Of a stretch of DNA of 64,000 nt, positions 12,681 through 25,210 are shown piece by piece. Each line of letters starts with the position of its first letter. The stretch's first letter is position 1. Below the pieces are notes generated by a model. That model made no database searches. It had not been told where the DNA came from and worked only from the letters and a program-made list of their open reading frames with translations. The stretch comes from Hydrolagus affinis (lineage: Eukaryota): positions 62,001 through 126,000 of the forward strand of contig JAAILG010000040.1 in NCBI GenBank assembly GCA_012026655.1, in the 5' to 3' direction. The position numbers and the translations under genes are program-made.

Positions 12681-12885
12681 CTCCTTCTGGGGTGTCAAAG
12701 TGAATGGGCGCACTTTCAGGCCCATTGCCTTTCCTATTAAAAACCATCACCGCCAGGCGATATTTACTGTACGGTTCCAGACCTGGGACCATTCCATGGC
12801 TCCGTTCACCACTGAAAGTCAGGACATGCTTTTCAAGGTGTCTTTTTCTCCTCTCCAACAAGCTTTTGATTTTCCAGTAGACAAT
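12681..12885 (-). CDS. CHL1: L1-family CAM (CHL1-like) coding exon, second part of FNIII-3
   Basis: ccattaacag|ATT GTC TAC TGG...GAA GGA G|gtaagg; 205 nt, phase 0-1; IVYWKIKSLLERRKRHLEKHVLTFSGERSHGMVPGLEPYSKYRLAVMVFNRKGNGPESAPIHFDTPEG; KxKSLL, FSGxRxxGMVP and GPES are CHL1-like. Confidence 0.95.
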
Positions 12886-13899
12886 CTGTTAATGGAATGC
12901 ACATTTTCACTCGCAATCTGGTACTTTAAAAGAAAAATCAATCACTCTGCAAAACGGTATTTCTGGAAATCGTGAATGCTAACTCAAGGCATATTAACTC
13001 TTTTTCAACCCCCTAAAATTGGTGGGATAGAGAAATATCACATGTTGGAATAAAGGACTCCATTCAGGCCACCAATCCACATTGCCCATCATCAAGCCCA
13101 AGTAAATTTGGGGTTTCCTTGTGTTGTCCAGCTGACAGTGAGGTTTAGACGCCACTTGTAGACTGATCAAACTCTGTTAAATTGATCATGCTGTCTTTTC
13201 CTTATCTAATGCTCTTGCTTGGTTTGGTACGGTAATGAGAAAAAGAGGGATGTACAAAGCAGATGGCCTGTGTTATATGAGAAGTAAGACACAGAAACAG
13301 TATCTGCAAGACAAACCAGATGGTCTTGCAGTTAGAGTTGAAGGAAAGTCTAAGTAAGCATGTTAGGTATAAATGTAGTTGTTGCTTCTTGGAACAGACC
13401 CAGGAAAGATGTCAAAAGAGAAGGTGCCGCTTAAAAAAGAAGAAACTTCTATAATTACTAATTCTGTTATTGCTAACTATGTCTTTATATACAATTAAGA
13501 GAAGCGTAAAATTTCATAATCCAAGCAAATGCCATTGTGAGCTTGATTATCTTGGTGTCCGAATAAACCGCCAATTCATGTCAACACATTGATAACACAT
13601 CAATGCTTGAAACTATCGTGAGTGCCATTTCTCAAAGGACAATTAACTTTGGAGGTGCAGACATATCAGAAAATAACTTGTCACGTCATGAGGCAGAGGT
13701 GCAATAGTTTTGATGGACGCTATATTGTGACACCCTTCTCAACAAATCTTCTGAAGAACATGTTGGTCTTTAGAATAAAGGTGGATATCATAAGAAATGA
13801 TGGAACAAGAAGGGAAACAATATTTTTTTTTAAAAAACTCTCCCATTCAAAACCAAATGGGAGCATCTTTTCGATTTTAAAATAACATATGACACAAAA

Positions 13900-14295
13900 T
13901 TGCATTTGTATAGTGTCATTCATGTTGGGAGGATGTCCCAGTGTGCTGGACAGTCGGGGATTGGGAACAGAGTGGTGTGGTGTGAGCGGTCAGGATCAGG
14001 GAAGGTGGAGGGCATGGAGGGTAGGAAGGTGGGTGAAGGCATGGTCAAAGACAAGGGTCTTGAGACACGCGTTGAAGGAGGTAAGGGTGGGAGCAAAGCA
14101 AAACGATTGTGGGATGGAGTTCCAAATGGTGAGGGAAGAGACGCTGAAGGCCTGACCGACGAATGTGGGGTGGACCAGGCGGGAGACGTGCAGCAGGCCA
14201 GAGTTTGCTGAGTGGAGGGTTTGGACAGGTTGATATAGTAGGAAAGAGCAAGGCCATGGAGGGCCTTGAAAGTGAGGTTGAGGATTTTGAACTCT
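13900..14295 (-). mobile_element. L2-clade LINE 3' fragment
   Basis: Minus translation GQAFSVSSLTIWNSIP...TSFNACLKTLVFDHAF matches the L2 ORF2 C-terminal motif (RAFSxxAPxLWNxLP...FKxxLKTxLF), followed by the 3' tail. Confidence 0.85.
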
Positions 14296-14400
14296 AACCA
14301 CTGAGGGATAAAAGCTACAAAGTTTGATTACTCTCCCATGTCCTCCCATGACAATATGTGTTTGCTGCAGATACTAAATAAGCATACAAATACATTTAAA

Positions 14401-14418
14401 ATATATATATATATATAT
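14401..14418. repeat. (AT)n microsatellite
   Basis: atatatatatatatatat. Confidence 0.9.
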
Positions 14419-16403
14419 TGTACAATGGGTATTTTATTACATTGAAAAACAGAAAACCAAGTTTTAAATTCTTAAAAAAACACTTATGCTTCCAAGACAC
14501 AAGGGTGTTATATAAATGCAAGTTGTTGTTGATTTAGAGCTTTAAAGTATGTACTTTATTTCGAGAGAGAATTAAGATTTAGTGGAACACAAGGCTAATG
14601 CATAACATGTTAAAAATCCAGTAACTGTCATAAGGGAAATGCATTAATCTGGTTGACACCACCTATATTTTGGCTGTGAAATAAATTCACGTCGCAATGC
14701 TCCAACAATGCTCCAACAACCACAAACTATCGGCTCTGTTCCTCCTTGCCTGTTTTAATGCTAAATACTTTCCCACCATTTTTCCCAGCTGCCTTGAGAG
14801 CATTTTGCTGTCATTTATCCATATTTACCAGAAGTTATTTGCAAAAGAAAATTGAGCAGCAGATAATCTGGAGAAAGGGGCTGAGTGTCAATGATCTATC
14901 AAGAAAAGTGACTCTTCTGCCACAGTTACCTTCTTAAATCTAGAATTAGGATTTGATAGCAATGTATGAGGTTTAACATATTTGCGAAGTCAATTTGCAA
15001 TTGGCTCTATCTTTCTCGGATTAATCACACTCTCACACAACATTCCTAAGGCATCTATATGTTCTCATTTCCATTCAAGGTCAGTCAAGGAACCAGCCAG
15101 AAATATGCTTCTTCGCCCTCTTATTGATTCCTCCAAAATAGCTGCTGGCCATTGCTATCAAAGTCTTCGCCATGATTGATGATGCAGCCATCAATGAGAA
15201 GGAGGGTAAATCAATTATGCACATAAATGATTTAATCCTTCTTCAACTTCATTGCCAACAATTTAACAAGCTGTTTCGGATACTGTCTTGATAGAACATA
15301 TCAGTAAGTTTATGTGGAACTTGAAATAATTGGCAAAGCAGCAGAAATCCATCTGAAGCAAAGAGAGTACTGAACTCGCCCAAAAGGACCCAAAACACGT
15401 TGAGTTTATTAAACAGTTTGATTCGATCTTGGTCTCTTCAACGCAACTGGGGCTGACTGAATTACCAGTTAGCTGTGTTTTGTTCCGAGCTGCTGGTTAG
15501 ATTTTCAATATTAAGTTAAAAAAAACAATCAATTTTTCCTGCTAATTTCTTTGATTTTACTCACTGAGTTCTTGCTCCTTCTTTGCCTGTCTTCAAATTG
15601 CCTCTCTCTAAGCCCATGCCAGCAATACTTGCACTTTCTCTCCAGCCAAGCTCTACCATTGTTAAATGCAACTTGTTGAACTTCGCACATCTCACTTTAC
15701 TAGGTAGTTGGAAGAATCTGGTCGTGCATCTAACTTCATCTGAGTTTAACTCAGCAGCTTTATAACCAATTGCTCTTTATTCGTCTTAAAAGCTTCCAGT
15801 ACAATTCACAGCCAGTCTAAAACTAAATCAGCGTTCGACAAATGTCATTATATTGAATGGCCCTCCTTAATCTGGACTTTGTGCTCCTGTGCCATTAGAT
15901 TTCTTTTACAATGAACGGAGCAAATTTAGCAGTAAAGCTGAGCTAAAAGAGCATAAAGAATCCTTCTGAATGATATGATAAATTGTCTCACTGATGCAGA
16001 CACTGAATAGCCCAACCAGTGGCTCCTGTATTCTTTACAGCAACTCGTAACGTATATATCTGAAACAAAGTCCAGTTCTCCTATTGCCAAAGAAAAGTGT
16101 GTATGAATTTGAAAAACAGAGTGAAAAAGTATACAGATTCGACATTTATGGAGTAGGTACCCTGCAGAAGATCAATAAGAAGTGTTGGAAAAATTGCTGC
16201 ACTAACAGGGTATTTAGTCCCCAGCCCATTATGTCTGTGCTGGATAATCACCTGATCTGCACTTTAGCACAGTTAGCGAGCACTCTATTCCAACTGTTTG
16301 GACAATGTCTGCTGAGAAACCTTCAAATGTTACGTTCCCTCTGCTGAAGGTGATGAGCTAAACTGGTGTATGATTGCATGGGTTGGGGGTTTCCAACATA
16401 TCA

Positions 16404-16525
16404 CTTTGCCCACAAAATATACAGTCAATTAATTTCACAGTACATTCTGTGAAGCGCTTTGAGACGTCTCAAAGATGTGATAAGGCACAAAGTCAAATGC
16501 AAGGATTATTATTATTATTTTTATT
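16404..16525 (+). mobile_element. SINE 3' fragment (similar fragments at ~130-190, 10211-10325, 23360-23482, 28083-28220, 47640-47780, 50318-50370, 53968-54100, 57350-57400, 60560-60663, 63250-63314)
   Basis: CCCACAAAATATACAGTCAATT...TGTGAAGCGCTTTGAGACGTC...AAATGCAAGGATTATTATT. Confidence 0.8.
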
Positions 16526-17169
16526 AAGTGGCCATTCTTATGTGTGAGCTTGGATAGTGAGTGTCGGCACACTGCAGTCCAGCTTTGTGGATAGTCGAGC
16601 ATTTTGGCGACTTAAACAAGAAAAATAGAGGCTAAAATTCATGATTTCTATTGGGATCCCTTTGGAATCCCACCAAGCCTCAGAAACTGCTCCAGAAGTA
16701 GAATGAGTTAGAGTAGCTACAGATTTGTGTGCATGCTTCCATCAAAAGGAATTTCCCATCTCCAGCGATGCGTTCCGTTTTTGTGCAAAGACTGACAAGA
16801 TGCAAATGATGCTAATGCTGATGGGTCTTGCAGTGCAAGATTATGCATTCAGATGGAGGTGAGCATGTGTTAGTCTTTCTGAGCACAGATACTAACTCTT
16901 TGAGTGGAAACACAGACAAGTAAATTAGTCATCTTATGCTGTTCAATAAACTTTAAGGATCTGACAAAACATCTTGGTAGTTACACCTGATTCCCAGCAT
17001 TTGATTTTCACCATGCCTGATACATGAAAGCTTCAATGATTATTTAGTAGTCTTGGAATACTATTGTCAGATATTTCTTGCTTACAAATAAAAACACCTT
17101 GTGACTGCCACCAAAGCCCATTCATCAAAACTATTGTGTTTAGACAGCATGGAAACAGGATATAGGTGT

Positions 17170-17466
17170 GGAGTCCTAGCACTCGCCTTACAAGCGTGAG
17201 ACCTGTGTTCGAATCCAGGCAGGGTGAATCCTTGGGCAAATTTCCTTACTCCACACGCCTAAAAATAATCCCTCAAATAAAACAATAATAAATTGGTCAT
17301 TTGAATTCACGCCTGTTTGTGGGACGCTGCTGTGCGGAATTGGCTGTCGCGTTTCACCCACAAATATACAGTCAATTCACTTTACAGTATGTTCTGTGAA
17401 GTGCTTTGAGATGTCTACAAGACGTGAAAAGCCCTATATCAAAATGCAAGGTTTATTATTATTATA
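17170..17466 (+). mobile_element. tRNA-derived SINE, short form (box A deleted)
   Basis: GGAGTCCT...GTTCGAATCC...AAATGCAAGGTTTATTATTATTA. Confidence 0.88.
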
Positions 17467-17536
17467 ATGCAAGGTAACAAGAGAAGCCGTGCCTAAGAAT
17501 AACAACTTGCACTTAAATTGCACCTCATGTTGGAAA

Positions 17537-17847
17537 TAGGGTCCGTCGATATGGAAATTTTCCGATATCGATATATCGGTGGGCCCATATCGATATATAC
17601 CGATATATCGATATCACCAGGTTTTTTATACTGCGCATGCCAGCGACAAGGTAAGTTGAAAAAGTTCGCTTTATTCCGATATAACCGATATATCGATATA
17701 TCGCCGGACACGATATACCGATATTTGCGATATATAAATTTTTTTCCATATTGAATTTTTCGATATACCGATATATTTAAATTTTGGCATATTGATATGA
17801 AAAATTATACCGATATAACCAATATATCGATGTATCGCCGGACACTA
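17537..17847. mobile_element. Non-autonomous hAT-type DNA transposon (MITE), CGATAT-rich family, copy 1
   Basis: Imperfect TIRs TAGGGTCCGTCGATA / TATCGCCGGACACTA; exact 8-bp TSD GTTGGAAA at 17529-17536 and 17848-17855; dense subterminal CGATAT/ATATCG repeats; no transposase ORF. Confidence 0.9.
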
Positions 17848-19439
17848 GTTGGAAAATATCTTAAAAGAGCTTTCCAGGGACACTGCAGCTCCTGGGGAAA
17901 GGTGGGAAGGAGGAGATGCCAGAGGGGGAATGGCGAAACCTGAATGAAGACATGGTCAATGGCATAGTTTCTAAAAACAATAAAAATGATATATTTTTGG
18001 GTCAGCTAGGGTTTGAACGGGTGAAGGACGTACAGCAGGTCTGAGTTGGGGAATGGGAGAGTGGACTTGGAAGTGCATGCAGAGGTCTTGGGTGTGGAGT
18101 TAGAATGCAAGAAAGCATGGAAAGAGAAAACGACATTCAGCTGCACACTCACATACACTGTTTACTCAAGGAAAAAATGTGCATAAATACTATCTGGTCC
18201 CTGTAGATATCGAAACAAATAGCTATCTACCCCCAAACTTCAATCACTCAACACTGGCTGGAAGATGTCAGATATTCCCCATTATATATTTCTCCACAGG
18301 CGAAATTCTTCCCTGATATCATCTTCCTCACCCGGCTGTAATGAGAAAGCCTCAATGCTTACGATCACTGAAGAATCACACCGTAACACAGACTTTCCCT
18401 GCAGAAGGCTTTGCGATTTGGTTGCGGGAGGCAACTCTCTCAGAGGTGAGAGAGTATTACCCTTGTGTTTGCCTCCTCATGCCCTGTGTCTCTTTTCCTC
18501 ATCCCGCATACTTTGATTGCGTTTGTCCGGTCTGTTTGCCATTCACTGTTATTTGCCATTCCCCGGCCCTCCAGTGATGGGAAGAGACACCGAAGGAAGA
18601 GCCTGCATTTACCTGATCAAGTCGCGATGTCTCAAAGTGCTTGCCAACCAATTACTGTCAGCCATTTATGCCAACAAGATCGCAGACACAGCCATGATGT
18701 AAATAACCAATAAAAATGGAGGATTGTTTGCCAGAACCCCAGGAAAAACTCCCTTCTTATTTTGAACAGTATTGTAGGATATTCAATTAGGAGGTGGAAC
18801 TGTGTAGCAAACTTGGTGTGATCTGAGCAGTATTTTAAGCACCGCATGCAACTGTTGTGAACAGAGCCTTTGACGAGAGATACTGTATAGCAGAGACAGA
18901 TGGAATAAGCTTGTGTGCGCATGTTCATGAAACTGGGAGAGATGCAGAGAAAGAGAAACAGAAGGAATGACAGGGAGCGGGTGAGAAAGAGAGCTTGTAA
19001 TAGAGTGCATGTAGCAGGAGGCAGAAACTGACTGGGTTTGGGAAGAGAAGGGGAGAGAGAGAGAAACTGATTACAGCCAGTTATTCGTTTCAAGTTAGCA
19101 CCTCATTAAATATTGAGTGACCTCAAAACGTACTTTTCTTCCCTGTGAAATATTCGCCTCTCTTTCTTTTTTCCTTTTCCAAGTGCATCATTAACTATCC
19201 TGCAACTGTCGTGATCTGAAGTATGTTGGGGGATTGACTGAACAGCCAAGGAATAAAACATAACATTCGTCAGGGAGGTGCAAGAATAATAGTCCCACTG
19301 CTTCCATGTGCAGAGCCAACAAAGAATTGCAGTGCACCAACAAATTCTGTGGACATTTTCTTCTGAAGGCTCTGAAGGTTATTACCAACATATTTCTAAG
19401 CAGCGAGAAGCGTGATCAATATTTTTTTGCGGTAAAGAA

Positions 19440-19740
19440 GCCACGGTGAAACAGCACATCTGCCTTTTATTAGAGTAGTATTCTCAAGCTGTGCGGCTGC
19501 CTATATTGTAATTAAAACACACTGGGCTGATTGACAGATGGGTCCAATTAGCTGGGCTGCATCAATAGAAGCGACAGGGACGGATTGGAGCAGCGGCCGT
19601 GAGTGGCAGATGTGTCCCGTGTGGCTCTCTGCCTTTCTGCAGGCAAGGCAGGTGCTCCGTTTGAATGATATGACAGCCATTTTAACAGCGTTATTAGCAA
19701 GCCAGGCGTTCGGCCATTTTCCGCCTGGCGCCATTTCCCC
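19440..19740. promoter_or_regulatory. Candidate intronic enhancer
   Basis: Locally GC/CpG-richer non-repeat sequence with TGATTGACAG (19528-19537), three CAGATG-type E-boxes, TAATTA, TGACAG and two GCCATTTT. Confidence 0.4.
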
Positions 19741-20205
19741 TTATTTGTTTTTTTTTACAAAAAGAAGAAACAAAACAGGCCAATCTGTGATTCCACTTCA
19801 AATGAAAAACAGCAACCCAATTTCTGTGCTTCATCTAATATATCTCGGGAATTAGGCAAATCCATTGGAGATAACATAAATAATCCCATCCAAACAATTT
19901 GACGACTAGATGTTCATCCTTAATCAATTTAGTATTTGCATGTATTTGCAGAAATAATATATTATGATATTGGTGTGAGTGATCAAATTGGAGTTTGAAT
20001 AGCTATTTCCATTCATGTTTTTAGGCAGACACCCATATAACACTTCATACAACAGCCGCTAATGTAGTTTGGCACACATTAGGCACTGGTATGAATTAGT
20101 TGGAGCTGTACTATTCCTTACAGTACTGTAACAAACTATACTTTTGAGCAAATACAGTGTTGCCCTCAGATTTTCTCATGGTTAAATAACGTCATTCATG
20201 GGCTT

Positions 20206-20505
20206 AATAACAATAATAATCCTTGTATTTGATATAGCGCTTTTCACATCTTCTAGACGTCTCAAATCGTTTCTCAGAATATACTGTAAAGTAAATTGTC
20301 TGTGTATATGTGGGTGAAATGCGGCAGCCAATTGCGCACAGTAGTGTCCAGCTGTGGATTGAAATGATCAACTTATTGTTGTTTTTTTTCGAGAGATTAT
20401 TATTAGGCGTGTGGAGTAAGGAAACTTGCCCAAGGTTTTCCCCTGCCTGGAATCGAACCCAGGTATCTCGCTCATAAGGCGAATGCTTTAACCACTGCAC
20501 TACAG
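20206..20505 (-). mobile_element. tRNA-derived SINE, short form
   Basis: Full head-body-tail match to the family. Confidence 0.88.
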
Positions 20506-23500
20506 TACTGAACAAACAGAGGTGAAACTCACATCACTGAACAGATTCCTTGTGGGGCAGTGTGCTGACAACGATAGGCATTGTTCATCGTAAAGCAAGG
20601 CACTGCAAAGCTTTGGATGGGTTTGGGATAAGCCAGCCAGAGGCACAGCTCAAGTACAGTAATAAGCAATGTTATTTCTGCCAATTCTTTTTGAATAGCG
20701 TGCTTTAATCAAAACACAAATCACAATCTTCTGGACCGTCAAATAAAAATGATGGCATTGTGTGGAGCACACTGAAGGTAAATAAGTGTATTTTGCCCAG
20801 AAAACACATGGCCGCCACACTTTACAGTGTATCTCCGTGCTCCCTGTCACAATGCCCCTAACCTCTGGAATTCTTGCATCGATCCCTCCGCCTTCCCCTC
20901 GACTTTCCTCTTCGTCTGTGCCTTGGAGGAGCGGAGGTACAAGCAGTGAGCAAGGAAAAACATTGGTTTTCCATTGAGTTATCCACTGGGTATATGCGAC
21001 ATTCTACTTAATAGTATGCTCACTGTGCCTCCAATGAACTGGAATTTTAATGTCCTTTAGAAGTCCATTTGCAGCTGAGACAATTCAGTCTATCAATCGG
21101 GCAGTCAATTCCTAGTCAATTCTTTGAACAGACTCCTTTGTGTGGACTGAGAGGTGCTCACCGTCATGCTGTCAGTGACATACTGAACTTTGCTCCGTAT
21201 TCACTCATCTGGTAAGGTAAACAACATTTTGATAGAATTCCACTGGGAGTAAGTCGTGTTATAAAAAGAATGGCAAAATATAATCCTTCTTCAGTCGAGA
21301 AAAACAATCCAGGTCCACATCAGCACATCATTAACCCATAGATTGCCAAGGTCACTGGAGACTTTAGTCTCCCTGGACCAACCAGTTTTGTACATCTTGA
21401 GTTCAAATAATTGCAATGGTGAAAATTATACCAACATCGCAATAACAAAGCCACACAAATGAGTGTCAATAAACATTTCCGCTTCACTACCTGCTGTGCT
21501 ACACAAGAAGACTGCAAGCTCCTTTTTCTGGTGAAACACAGAACAAAAGAGTTTATTCTTTATCCTGTACGTAGAATACAGAAGAAATACTCAAACGCAT
21601 GTATTCAACCTGCAAAAGTAACATGGAAAAATTCCACTTATGACTTTACTCCTCACAAGTTTTCTGATATCATGCACAATTGGAAAAAAGCAGCAACAAA
21701 TGCTTCTGTGTTAGCCACTCTATTGTGCATGGAAGCAAAATACATTCTTCTTAATCTAGACTCTTGAGAACTGTATTCCAAAGTCTTCTTATTAGACTTG
21801 AGCTGCATTTTTATTCATTGGCATATGACAGCAGCACAATGAATTTGCTATGTCTAATTGCAATGGGCTTCAAAATTAATTCTCCCCACTCAGCTGAATC
21901 GATGAATATTTATCAACAAACAAGCATAACATTGCGAGGAAGGATGCCAAGGATCGAGTTCAACATCCACAGTTTTGCATCTCCACCAAATATTCCCCAG
22001 GTATAAAGTACAAACAAAACTGCAGCATACGCGGACTCAGTTGACCTGGTTTCACCATCTAAATACAGATATCATCTCTGAAAATGCATGAAGGCACAAC
22101 TGCATTTGAAAACCTGCCTGCATTGCTTATTACCACAGGCAAATGATATATTAACACTCATCTGCTTTCTCTTGTTCCTGACTCACATAGGGTGAGAAAT
22201 CTTCCATCTCGCTAACTGTGGCTTTCACAATACATACACGAACAAAGGTCAAATGCTGTTGTTGATCCACATCATCTATGTGGTTTTGATTCGTAGCATG
22301 AGCAATTTCTTGCCTTAACTGTTGGACTAAGATTAAGTACAAGCCATTGTTTTTCCATTCAGCTTATAAAATATGCTTCTCCGCTACAAACCCTGCCATC
22401 ATTGAACCAAAGATGATTCAGACTGCTGAAATCTCTGAGCTCACCATGCATCCACAGAGACGGAATACGTGTTTTTTGGTCAGCCGGGTGTACGGCACAT
22501 ACGGAAACCCATCACTATGCTTAAGAATATCCCTGATATAACTGATAGTTCCACGCATCCCACGATACATGAAAATTTCAGAGGTATTTGTTGGGATAGA
22601 AGCACACTGACTCTCTCCCTGGAGGGACACATCCTGCTTACCTAATTCCAGAAAACATCAGCCATAGGTTGGCAATAATCAAGGCTTGGGGACCCCTCAC
22701 CAGCTAAAACCACAAAGCTAGAGCACTGTGTGGCAAGCATTCCCACTGCTTGTCCAGCTAGGACCACACTATAAGTTACAAGTATCAGCTTGCAGGGTTA
22801 ATGGGAACTGAGTGGTAAGAATCCCCATCGCCAGGGACTGGCCTGCCCTTCTACACCCTGCTGATGAGCCAGCCTGGCCGTGTTGTCAGCAGCTGCAATG
22901 CCCTGGAGTACATTAGAATGTGTTTGGTTAGAAAGCACTGTATGGAAGTGCAGGCAGAGGGCACAAAGTCTGTCAAAAATGGGGATTTACGAAGCATTCA
23001 TGCATTTGGTTTGAGATCCTCACGATGCAATAACTGGGACTGGAAATAAGGGTGAGCAGGAGACTGAAGACTTCTTTCAGTTAGAAATTGAACGAGCAGG
23101 ACTAATATGTAGCAAAAGTGAATACATGGTTGGGCAGAAGCAGACAACAAGTTACTCATGCTGCACACACAAGGAAACTGAAAGATTCAGCCGGCTTCGA
23201 TAGCCTTTTCACCCATGCAATTAGCTGCTACTTTATGTCGAAAGGCGTATCTAAGGACAATGATCAAAAATAATGAACAAATGCATGCTGTATTTGTACA
23301 ATTTGCACCGTTTATTTTGGTTGCAAATGATTAAATCATGGTGTTGGGAACATCTAACATTTTGCCCACATAACAGACAATCAATTCACTTGACAGTATG
23401 TTCCGTGAAGTGTTTTGAGGCATCTCAGTGACGTGATAAGGTGCTCTATCAAATGCAAGGAGTATTATTATTATTATTATTATGGATGTAATTGAACGGG

Positions 23501-24435
23501 GAGTGAGAGGATGGTGCAAGATCCTCCAGTAACGGAGGGTAAATGAAAGAAGAAAGGCTTGAATAGTCATTGGCATTTTTTGGCAGCTGTGTTAGTAAAG
23601 GTGGGCACTGTAACTTTTTAAAAACCAATGAAACCTAAAGAATACTCCCCTTTAAACTCCCCTTTAAAATGACCTTGAATCCTAAAGGAGTCAAAGTTTG
23701 CATTCAATGGGTACCACTTTCTCTGCAAAGCTATTTAGCATTTTAACGTTTCCTTTTATGGATAGTGTATAGACAGGCAAAAGCCTTTATGCCCTAGTCG
23801 GATCACACCAATCTTCGCACGTAGTCACAGCACAAATACTGACTTGAAAAATTAAAGGAATCACTCCTCAATTGGAAAAGCACATTTCCAGTTCCCTGTG
23901 CGTCTCTCTCTCTCTCTCTCTGCAGTTACTGCTTCTGTTAATCAGGTTAATCACATGCATTTCTCCCTGCAGCCTAGATCACTTTCACTCTTTGACACAG
24001 TTATATTGTGCCCCCCTGAGAACGAGAGAACATGCCTGACAATCGCCCGATGTTACATCCATTTTGCAAGATCAGGTTCTACACACACAACTCCCATTGT
24101 TGGTCTATTGCTTGTGCGGGCTTCTGTAAAGAATGGGCAAGCGTGGAGCGACAGCAATGCTTGGAACAGAATCACATCAGAATCATATCAAGTTGTGATG
24201 GCCTTATTGCACTCTGGTGAGTAAAAAAAAATCCACTCAGCGTTACGCGTTACGTTGATGCACGACCGTGACTAAAATAGGAAATCCCATTGAAGACTAA
24301 CATCACCAAAAGCAATTCCGTTCAGCAATGTGGAATGGAAATTTTTACCCCATGATAGTTTCACGCTCAAAGAGCCAAGGATTTAATATGGCTAAGTCAG
24401 GGGTATGTCTGTCAAATATACAGCAATGACCTTAC

Positions 24436-24551
24436 CTTATAACCTTCTAGATGTCCACGAACCTTCTCTTTTGGTACTTCCGACCAGGTCACCTTAATTA
24501 CTGTACTGTTCATGACTTCAACAGCAACATTCATAGGTGTGTCTTCAGGTA
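24436..24551 (-). CDS. CHL1: L1-family CAM (CHL1-like) coding exon, first part of FNIII-3 (absent from the ORF track)
   Basis: tttttgatcag|TA CCT GAA GAC...GGT TAT AAG|gtaagg; 116 nt, phase 1-0; (L)PEDTPMNVAVEVMNSTVIKVTWSEVPKEKVRGHLEGYK; the NSTxxKVTWSxVPK stretch resembles mammalian CHL1 as I recall it. Confidence 0.93.
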
Positions 24552-25044
24552 CTGATCAAAAAAATACAGCAACATTTCCAAATTAGCTTCGTAGTATATC
24601 AATTCAAGCTTATTAAGTATTAAAGGGAGGGTGAGATGTGAGAGGAAACTCTTTAAATTGAAGTGTTATTAGGATGCAGGACACATTACCACAAGTGGCT
24701 CTTGAAGCCGAATCAATTATATCATTTAAGAGAGAATTAACTAAACACTTGAAGAATAAAGATGTAAAGGGGTTGGAAAGAGAGCTGAAAAATTAGAACA
24801 GAATAGATGGCTGCATCTATTCACAATGGGCCAAATAGCCTCATCTTGCACTTAGTATTCTGTGACAGATGTTGTAAAATAAAGCAAAATAGGGTATCTT
24901 CAACTATTTGCAGGTCTGGTAATCTTGTGGTTCATCAAGCATGTCCTACTTGCCATCCATAGCTGAACTGACATCGTGATTTGCTGACTGCAGATTTTGC
25001 CATGAATTTTCTCGAACCACATTACAATACAAAATGACATTTAC

Positions 25045-25210
25045 ACAGCAGCTTTCCTATCGGGAGAGCATCCCAAGGGATTTGGACCCGTTCGGGGGGG
25101 GGGGGAGTGGTTGGGATCAGGGAGGGTGGAGGGCAGTGAGGGTGGGAGGGTGGTCGAAGGCATGGTCAAAGAGGGTTTGGAGACGTGCTTTGGAGGAGGT
25201 AAGGGAGAGA
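25045..25210 (-). mobile_element. L2-clade LINE 3' fragment (similar fragments at 17880-18120, 32170-32385, 37098-37290)
   Basis: CTCCAAACCCTCTTTGACCATGCCTTCGACCACC on the minus strand, the same motif as the other L2 ends. Confidence 0.7.

Noticed and set aside
17493-17754. Overlapping ORFs on both strands rich in I/Y/R/D, and a regular repeat pattern suggesting CRISPR
   Set aside because: These are translations of the palindromic CGATAT repeats of a MITE; there is no constant repeat with unique spacers, and the context is eukaryotic.
18632-19093. Longest ORF in the track (153 aa); also 27927-28367 and 61110-61535
   Set aside because: They consist of low-complexity or SINE-derived sequence, with no recognisable domain and no fit to the exon chain.
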